From Elusimicrobiota bacterium (GTDB lineage: Bacteria; Elusimicrobiota; Endomicrobiia; Endomicrobiales; JBDRNC01): 64,000 bases of DNA. The position numbers and the translations under genes were made by a program. The notes below the pieces were generated by a model, which did not search any database, was not told where the DNA came from, and saw nothing but the letters and a program-made list of their open reading frames with translations. Numbering within the stretch: the stretch's first letter is position 1; the number at the start of each line of letters is the position of its first letter. The stretch is from positions 96,001 to 160,000 of the forward strand of contig JBDRNC010000017.1 of assembly GCA_043811535.1 (NCBI GenBank). Direction: 5' to 3'. Positions 58,170 to 64,000 of this stretch are shown here, one piece after another.

Positions 58170-58326
58170 ATTGTTGAAAAAATCAACAATCCCTGATTGC
58201 ACTGATCCTTAAATGATTTCACAGATTAAGTTCTGTTGGTGTATCCGTGTAATCTTTGTTTTTATCTGTGAAATCTTTGTTATTAGTCTGTGTAATCAAG
58301 ACCGTTGAGGACTTTTTCAACGGTCT
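58170..58326. repeat. MITE-like intergenic element with inverted termini and internal 12-mer repeats
   Basis: GTTGAAAAA ... TTTTTCAAC termini; GATTGCACTGAT and GATTTCACAGAT, then inverted ATCCGTGTAATC, ATCTGTGAAATC and GTCTGTGTAATC. Confidence 0.65.
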
Positions 58327-58327
58327 A

Positions 58328-59260
58328 TCAGAACTGCATGTTTTTCAGGATTTCAAAAGCCAGTTCGAGCGCATCGCGGCCGTGTTCACCGGTTACCAGG
58401 GGTTTTTTCCCTTCGGCTATGCAGGAAAGGAAATGACTGAGTTCAAGGTGAAGCATTTCGGCTTCTTTCAGTTTCGGTTTTATTATCTCTATGTCGGCAA
58501 GGTTTTTTACCTCGGCATTTTTTTTTCTGTATATCTTAAGGTTTTTTCCGGCGTAATCGATGGAGATATAGCTGTCTTGCTGAAAAATCCGTATCTTCCG
58601 GTATTTTTCCATGGATATCCGGCTGGCCGACAGGTCCGCTACGCAGCCGTTGAAAAATTTCAGGCGTATCTTAGCGATATCTTCATGCGTCGAAAGGACT
58701 TTCGCTCCGTAAGCTTCAAGTGTCCTGACTTTGTCCTGAATAAGCGTCAGCACTATGTCGAGATCGTGGATCATCAGGTCAAGAACGACGCCGATATGGC
58801 TGACGCGCGGGTCGTACGGCCCGAGCCTGTTTACTTCAATGAATCTCGGGTTTTGGATGAATTCCCGCGCCGCGATGACTGCGGGATTGAACCTCTCGAC
58901 ATGCCCGACCTGCAACACGAGGTTTTTCTTTTTGGATATTTCAATGAGCTCTTCCGCTTCTTTGACGGTAGATGTGAAAGGCTTTTCTACGAGGCAGTGT
59001 ATTCCCGCCTCGAGCAGATCCTTGGTTATGCTGTAGTGAAGGGGCGTGGGCACTGATATAACGGCAGCCTGTATCTTTCCGATAAGGTCGCCATGCGAGG
59101 CAAACGCCTGAGTCTTGTGTTGTTCGCCGGCTTTTTCGCGCCGCTTGGATTCAGTGTCCGCGATTCCGACAAGTTCGGATTGAGGATGGCAGGACAGAAG
59201 CCTCGCGTGATGCTGGCCGAGCGAACCTACTCCGATGACGGCTGTTCTTATTTTATTCAT
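58328..59260 (-). CDS. Gfo/Idh/MocA oxidoreductase (GnnA-like)
   Basis: GVGSLG, VEKP, VGHVERFNP, DLMIHDLD; located between lpxI and lpxB. Confidence 0.85.
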   Translation of the reverse strand: MNKIRTAVIGVGSLGQHHARLLSCHPQSELVGIADTESKRREKAGEQHKTQAFASHGDLIGKIQAAVISVPTPLHYSITKDLLEAGIHCLVEKPFTSTVKEAEELIEISKKKNLVLQVGHVERFNPAVIAAREFIQNPRFIEVNRLGPYDPRVSHIGVVLDLMIHDLDIVLTLIQDKVRTLEAYGAKVLSTHEDIAKIRLKFFNGCVADLSASRISMEKYRKIRIFQQDSYISIDYAGKNLKIYRKKNAEVKNLADIEIIKPKLKEAEMLHLELSHFLSCIAEGKKPLVTGEHGRDALELAFEILKNMQF

Positions 59261-60057
59261 AGCGCTATTATCGTAATGCCTTTTTCTTTTGCCGATTTAA
59301 CCAGCTGGTCCCTGTCGATCATCAGTGTTGAGCCGGATTCAACGGCAAGCACGCCCGCCTTGCATTCGGACATCACCGAAACTGTCCGCGGGCCGATGAC
59401 CGGGATATCAAAACGCATATCTTGATTGGGTTTCGCGACCTTTATGACGATTATCCTGTCTTTGCCGAGTGAGAACGCGCGTTTTATGCACTCGTCCGTG
59501 CCTTCCATTGATTCAACGGCCACGACGGCTTTATCCTTGACGACTATCGTCTGTCCGATATCGAGCCCGGCGATCTGTTTTGCCGTCTTGAATCCGAAAT
59601 CTATGTCGTCTTGTTCGTTTTTTGAAGGTTTTCTTCCGATCAGCATTCCTTTTTCCGGAAGGAGATGGCGCAGGTACTTGTGGGAAGGAAGGAGAGTTAT
59701 CCCGTCTTTTGAAAGCTCGTCCGCAACAGCTCCCAGAAGCGAGTCGGTTTTTTTGTTCTTAAGAGAAGCAAGCATTTTGGCGGCGCGAAGGTCAAGTTTT
59801 AGAACAGCGAATATCTGGACATGCTTGACCTGCCCGGCCATCACCGCTGTCTTGACGTTCTCTTCTTTGAAAAAATCTATCAATTTCTGGATCTGCCCGA
59901 GCGCGAGCCACCGGGTTTTGTCCGCGAGTTTCTCAAGATTCTTGTCGGTTTCTTCCTTTATCGCGGCAAGGTAAACCTGGTCGCCGGTCCTCTTTATTTC
60001 TTCGGCGACAAGAAAAGGAAACCGGCCGTTCCCGGCAATGATCCCGATTTTACTCAT
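59257..60057 (-). CDS. lpxI: UDP-2,3-diacylglucosamine pyrophosphatase LpxI
   Basis: IIAGNGRFP, DIGQT, AVESMEGTD, KPNQDMRFDIPVIG. Confidence 0.92.
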   Translation of the reverse strand: MSKIGIIAGNGRFPFLVAEEIKRTGDQVYLAAIKEETDKNLEKLADKTRWLALGQIQKLIDFFKEENVKTAVMAGQVKHVQIFAVLKLDLRAAKMLASLKNKKTDSLLGAVADELSKDGITLLPSHKYLRHLLPEKGMLIGRKPSKNEQDDIDFGFKTAKQIAGLDIGQTIVVKDKAVVAVESMEGTDECIKRAFSLGKDRIIVIKVAKPNQDMRFDIPVIGPRTVSVMSECKAGVLAVESGSTLMIDRDQLVKSAKEKGITIIAL

Positions 60058-60061
60058 ATGA

Positions 60062-60856
60062 TTAGATAGCTTCTTCGTTCAATTCCTTGTGAAGAGGTCT
60101 GCAAATCCCCCGTTTTGAGTCGTGAATGAACTGTATCATCTCCCGTACTTCAGGCCCGGGGCCCGCCGCTTCAAGCTGCTCAAGAGCTTCTTCCATCAGG
60201 AGTCCTGAAAGAAAAAGCGTGCGGTAAGCGGATTTTATCTCTTCTATAGTTTCTTTTGTCATCGACGCCCTTTTCAGCCCGACGAGGTTCAGGCCTCTGA
60301 GAGTCGCCCTGTCGCCCTGGACCTGAGAGAACGGAATCACGTCAAGCGTGACCATCGAACCCCCGCCGATCATCGCCATTCTTCCTATCTTGTTGAACTG
60401 GTGGACGCCGCATGCTCCTCCGAGAAAAGCCCTTTCGCCTATCTCAACATGTCCTCCGAGTGTTGCTAAGTTTGCCAATATGACGTTGTTGCCTATCCTG
60501 CAGTCATGCGCGACGTGCACGTATGCCATGAAGAAGCATCCCGAACCTATTACCGTTTTTCCGCTGGCCTGTGTGCCGCGGTTTAAAGCGGCGAATTCCC
60601 TTACGGTGCAGTTCGGACCCATGATTAATTTTGTAGTTTCGCCTTTGTATTTAAGATCCTGCGGCGCCGTGCCCACTGTGGCGTGGCTGTATATCGAGCA
60701 GTTCTCCCCTATCTCTGCGAATTCCAGCAGGGCGTGCGAACCGATTTTCGATCCCGGCGCTATAACCGTATTTTCACCTATTATCGCGTAAGGGCCTATT
60801 TCAGCGTTCTCCGCGATTTTTGCCGATTTATGGATTATTGCTGTCGGATGGATCAT
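60062..60856 (-). CDS. lpxA: UDP-N-acetylglucosamine acyltransferase
   Basis: IHPTA hexapeptide repeats, PQDLKY, HVAHDC, GGHV, VHQF, GLNLVGLKR. Confidence 0.95.
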   Translation of the reverse strand: MIHPTAIIHKSAKIAENAEIGPYAIIGENTVIAPGSKIGSHALLEFAEIGENCSIYSHATVGTAPQDLKYKGETTKLIMGPNCTVREFAALNRGTQASGKTVIGSGCFFMAYVHVAHDCRIGNNVILANLATLGGHVEIGERAFLGGACGVHQFNKIGRMAMIGGGSMVTLDVIPFSQVQGDRATLRGLNLVGLKRASMTKETIEEIKSAYRTLFLSGLLMEEALEQLEAAGPGPEVREMIQFIHDSKRGICRPLHKELNEEAI

Positions 60857-62214
60857 TTTTGTCCCTCGTTTTCAACTATCGCGAACATGAATTCGGCTTC
60901 TGTCACCAGACTGCCGTTGACGTATGCTTCGCCTCTGGCCTTTCCGCCTCTTTCGCGCGACCTGAGGACTTCCACACGGAGTTCAAGCACGTCTCCGGGA
61001 ATCACAGGTTTTCTGAATTTTACCGCGTCAATCGACATGAAATACGCCAGTTTTCCCTGAAATTCCGGATTTGCCAGGAACAGCACGCAGGTGGTCTGCG
61101 CCATCGCTTCGACTATCAGTACGCCCGGCATTATAGGTTGTCCGGGGAAGTGCCCTTGAAAAAAGTTCTCGTTTCCGCTGACGCATTTGTATCCGTTCGC
61201 CCTTTTCAGGTCCTCGAGGATCTCGACCCTGTCGATCATGAGAAAAGGGTAGCGGTGCGGGATCAGTTTCTGGATCGCGTTGATGTCGAATATTTTGCCT
61301 TTCGGCTGAGCAGCCGGAGCCGTTGTGGTTTCTTTAGTTTCCATTGTTTTTCCCTCCTCGGGTACGGATGTTTCGGCTATTTTACAGTTTTTTGATATTT
61401 CTTTGGCGAAGTTAATGTTATTGCTGTGGCCACACCTGACAGCCGTTATTTTAGCTTTCAGGGGTTTGCCTATCAGAAAAAGGTCTCCGAGCAGGTCAAG
61501 TATCTTGTGCCTGACGAATTCGTCGGGGAAGCGCAGCTTTTTTTCGGGATTACGGATCCCATCATGTCCGATAACGATTGCGTTATGAAAACTGCCGCCC
61601 TTAGCGAGCCCTTTTGCCGTAAGGGCCTCAAGTTCGAAATCAAAACAGAATGTCCTGGACGGCGCGATTTCATTGACGAATATTTCGGGGGTGATATCGA
61701 AAGACGCTTGCTGGTGTTTAAGGAATGGATGGTCAAATCCGATAGTGCAGTCAATCGTAAGGCGGTCGGATGGCTCCGCAATCAGTTTTGTATTGCCGGA
61801 TTCCAGGACAACCGGGTGCGTGACGGTCAGATATTGTCGCTCGGCGTCAAGTTCTTCAAGACCAGTTTCAAGGATTTTGTTCGCGAATTCCCTGGCGCTT
61901 CCGTCAAGGACCGGTGGTTCGTTGTTGGTAAGGCATATCTCAAGGTTGTCAATCTTGAGTCCCATGCACGTGGCGAGTATATGCTCGATCGTGTGGATCT
62001 GGAAATCTTTGTTCCCGATGACCGTTCCGCGGGTCACTCCGAGAACATGTTTAAAATCCGCTTCGATCGTAGGTTTTTTTGAAAGGTCGGAGCGCGTGAA
62101 TTTAACCCCGAATCCGGCAGGAGCGGGCTTGAAGACAACTTTGCAGGAATTCCCGGTGTGGAGCCCTTTTCCCTCAAGTGCCACTTCATGTTTTATAGTG
62201 GTTTGTTTTTCCAT
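60853..62214 (-). CDS. lpxC/fabZ: Bifunctional LpxC/FabZ
   Basis: GLHTG, TIEH, HKILDLLGD, GH (LpxC); IPHRYPFLMIDR, FFQGHFP..PIMPGVL.VEAMAQ (FabZ). Confidence 0.95.
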   Translation of the reverse strand: MEKQTTIKHEVALEGKGLHTGNSCKVVFKPAPAGFGVKFTRSDLSKKPTIEADFKHVLGVTRGTVIGNKDFQIHTIEHILATCMGLKIDNLEICLTNNEPPVLDGSAREFANKILETGLEELDAERQYLTVTHPVVLESGNTKLIAEPSDRLTIDCTIGFDHPFLKHQQASFDITPEIFVNEIAPSRTFCFDFELEALTAKGLAKGGSFHNAIVIGHDGIRNPEKKLRFPDEFVRHKILDLLGDLFLIGKPLKAKITAVRCGHSNNINFAKEISKNCKIAETSVPEEGKTMETKETTTAPAAQPKGKIFDINAIQKLIPHRYPFLMIDRVEILEDLKRANGYKCVSGNENFFQGHFPGQPIMPGVLIVEAMAQTTCVLFLANPEFQGKLAYFMSIDAVKFRKPVIPGDVLELRVEVLRSRERGGKARGEAYVNGSLVTEAEFMFAIVENEGQK

Positions 62215-62232
62215 TGTATCAGAGCAGAAGTT

Positions 62233-63246
62233 TCAGTTTTTTTCGCCTAGAAATTTCTTAAGTTTCTCGTATATCTCGGGGAGTTTTCGGATTATCGCCT
62301 CAATTTTTAATTCCTCTTTGTGAGACCTTCCGGGGAAACCGGAGATTATCTCGCCGTCCTTGATATCCCTGGTCGCAACGCCCCTGCCGGCGATTATCAC
62401 GTTATTGCCGATCGTGACATGGCCGACGCTGCCGGATTGACCGGCGAAAACCACGTTGTCGCCTATTTTTGTCGAGCCCGCAATTCCGACCTGAGCGACG
62501 AGAATGCAGTTCTTGCCTATATGCACGTTGTGGGCAATTTGCACGAGATTGTCGATCTTTGTCCCGCTTCCGATCTTTGTTTTGCCGGTTGTCGCACGGT
62601 CGATTGTCGTGTTAGCACCGATTTCTACGTCATCACCTATTTCAACGCTGCCCAGCTGCGGTATCTTATAATGTTTTTTCCCGTCGGCGGCGAAGCCGAA
62701 CCCGTCCGATCCGACCACGGTGCCCGAGTGGATGATGCACCTGTCGCCTACCGTGACGCGTTCGCGTACGGTGACGTTAGGATAGATAAATGATGCTTTT
62801 CCGATCGAAGATTTCCGCCCTATGTAGCTGTTTGCCAATATCCTGGCGTCATCCCCGATCGATGCGTCTTCTTCAATGACAGCGCAGGCGCCTATCGTTA
62901 CATTTTTTCCTATTTTCGCGCTTTTGGACACCACGGCTGTCTGATGTATTCCAGATTTTTCCGAAGGATTGATCTCAGGGGCGAATATCTCGAGAATTTT
63001 AGCGAATGCGAGCTGGGGGTTTTTCACTTTAACGGCCGGCCTGTTCAATTTGGAGAGCGAATCGGGGACTATGATAAGCCCGGCTTTCGACTCATCGATT
63101 TTGCTCAGGTATTTAGGATTTGAGGCAAATGACACGTCCGACTGGCCGGCATCTTCAAGGCCGTTCGCTCCGGTAATCAAGATATCTTCCGAGCCCTCAA
63201 GCTGCCCCGATATGATTTTTGCGATTTCTTTTGAAGTTAATTTCAT
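62233..63246 (-). CDS. lpxD: UDP-3-O-acylglucosamine N-acyltransferase
   Basis: GSDGFGF, KIPQLG, IGANTTIDR, KIDNLVQIAHN. Confidence 0.95.
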   Translation of the reverse strand: MKLTSKEIAKIISGQLEGSEDILITGANGLEDAGQSDVSFASNPKYLSKIDESKAGLIIVPDSLSKLNRPAVKVKNPQLAFAKILEIFAPEINPSEKSGIHQTAVVSKSAKIGKNVTIGACAVIEEDASIGDDARILANSYIGRKSSIGKASFIYPNVTVRERVTVGDRCIIHSGTVVGSDGFGFAADGKKHYKIPQLGSVEIGDDVEIGANTTIDRATTGKTKIGSGTKIDNLVQIAHNVHIGKNCILVAQVGIAGSTKIGDNVVFAGQSGSVGHVTIGNNVIIAGRGVATRDIKDGEIISGFPGRSHKEELKIEAIIRKLPEIYEKLKKFLGEKN

Positions 63247-63250
63247 TGAT

Positions 63251-63289
63251 TTGTAATGAATTTGTAATCTGTAATATGTAATTTGTAAT
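63251..63289. repeat. Heptamer repeat (nTGTAAT) x5 between skp and lpxD
   Basis: TTGTAAT gaat TTGTAAT CTGTAAT ATGTAAT TTGTAAT. Confidence 0.75.
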
Positions 63290-63293
63290 CGCT

Positions 63294-63998
63294 TTATCTG
63301 CCTCTCAGCCGTTCAAGCACTTTATCCGTGTAATCCTGGGCTGAGTGCCCGTAGAGAATGTTGCCCTTGTCGACTATCATCGAAAGGTTTTCTTCGATTG
63401 TGATCTTTTCCAGTATGCTGTACAAGTCTGAAAGCACGGCGCCGGTATGTTTTTCCTCAAGCTCCCCAAGCTCTTTCTTGCTCTTGTCTATGAGCCGCAT
63501 CAGTTCAATATTTTTCTTTTCTATGTCCTTTTTCATTTTGTCGATCCCGGCTTCCTTTTCCTTTATTTCCACTTCCTTCTGCGTGATCATTGCCTGGTCT
63601 AGGGCAGGTTTCGCTGTTTCTGTCGACACGGCGACCGGGGCCGCTGCTTCCGTTGACAGCATGACCGGCTCTGGCTGCGGCGGCATGGCCTGCTGGGCCG
63701 CGAAGTTTGTTTTCAAGGCGTCAAGTTCGATTTTAAGCTGAAGGATCGCGGTTGAACTGGATTTAACGATGTTCTCCGTAGCAGTGATCTCCTGCCTGGC
63801 CGCGTCGATATCCTTTTTTCTTTTTTCCGCCTCGGTATTGAACTCGGCCTGCAATCTTTTGGTGAGAGGATGGCTCTCGAAAACCTTCTCCATATCTGCG
63901 TATCCTATGCTGCTGGATGTCTTATTGCCGTCAACTTTAAAATTATCAAGCGAGATCTCAACAGGATAGGCAGGGCGGGCGGTCAGCAGCGAACAAAG
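63294..63998 (-). CDS. skp: OmpH/Skp periplasmic chaperone (5' end outside the window)
   Basis: Frame stays open to the window edge (…SSSIGYADMEKVF); coiled coil; C-terminal IVDKGNILYG...DYTDKVL; upstream of lpxD. Confidence 0.8.
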   Translation of the reverse strand, partial: LCSLLTARPAYPVEISLDNFKVDGNKTSSSIGYADMEKVFESHPLTKRLQAEFNTEAEKRKKDIDAARQEITATENIVKSSSTAILQLKIELDALKTNFAAQQAMPPQPEPVMLSTEAAAPVAVSTETAKPALDQAMITQKEVEIKEKEAGIDKMKKDIEKKNIELMRLIDKSKKELGELEEKHTGAVLSDLYSILEKITIEENLSMIVDKGNILYGHSAQDYTDKVLERLRGR

Positions 63999-64000
63999 AA

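Noticed and set aside
58195..58297. Spaced 12-mer repeats as a possible CRISPR array
   Set aside because: Repeats are too short, in mixed orientation, with 8-10 nt spacers; no cas genes in the window.
57200..59056. 231-aa and 266-aa plus-strand ORFs
   Set aside because: Antisense to lpxB and the Gfo gene; typical shadow ORFs, like the other short plus-strand ORFs in the track.
60853..62214. LpxC-FabZ fusion as a novelty
   Set aside because: This fusion is already well known, for example in Bacteroidota.
1..64000. tRNA, rRNA, transposase, integrase or prophage genes
   Set aside because: None recognised; the window is almost entirely covered by assignable CDSs with short gaps.

Overview
Bacterial chromosomal window. 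Every credible gene is on the minus strand except rpmB. The pilin signature (LIRKSNEGATKGNLGALRS), the LpxC-FabZ fusion, LpxI and a PorV/PorQ-like gene suggest a diderm lineage such as Elusimicrobiota; this is inferred, not verified. In transcription order (right to left) the window holds: (1) a lipid A operon (skp, lpxD, lpxC/fabZ, lpxA, lpxI, Gfo/GnnA-like, lpxB, msbA); (2) a kinase-less 7TM-PAS sensor, a PorV-like gene, rpmB, recG and coaD; (3) a type IVa pilus locus whose only PilB has lost its Walker A Lys and Walker B Glu but keeps an MshEN c-di-GMP-binding motif; (4) directly after pilQ, a ~40 kb surface-glycan cluster. That cluster has a ligase-like protein, two YfhO-type GT-C enzymes, a MurJ-like flippase, HddA/HddC, a GDP-sugar 4,6-dehydratase, a ColD-type 3-dehydratase, a TPP-dependent E1 alpha/beta pair, four B12-radical SAM enzymes and several methyltransferases. 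It also has a compact Campylobacter-type phosphoramidate module (Cj1415-Cj1419 homologues). The best candidate for a new system is this module: it has no recognisable Cj1421/22 transferase but includes a sulfotransferase-fold protein and a CysQ, suggesting PAPS-type machinery reused for phosphoramidate transfer. All calls come from motif recognition only; no searches were run.
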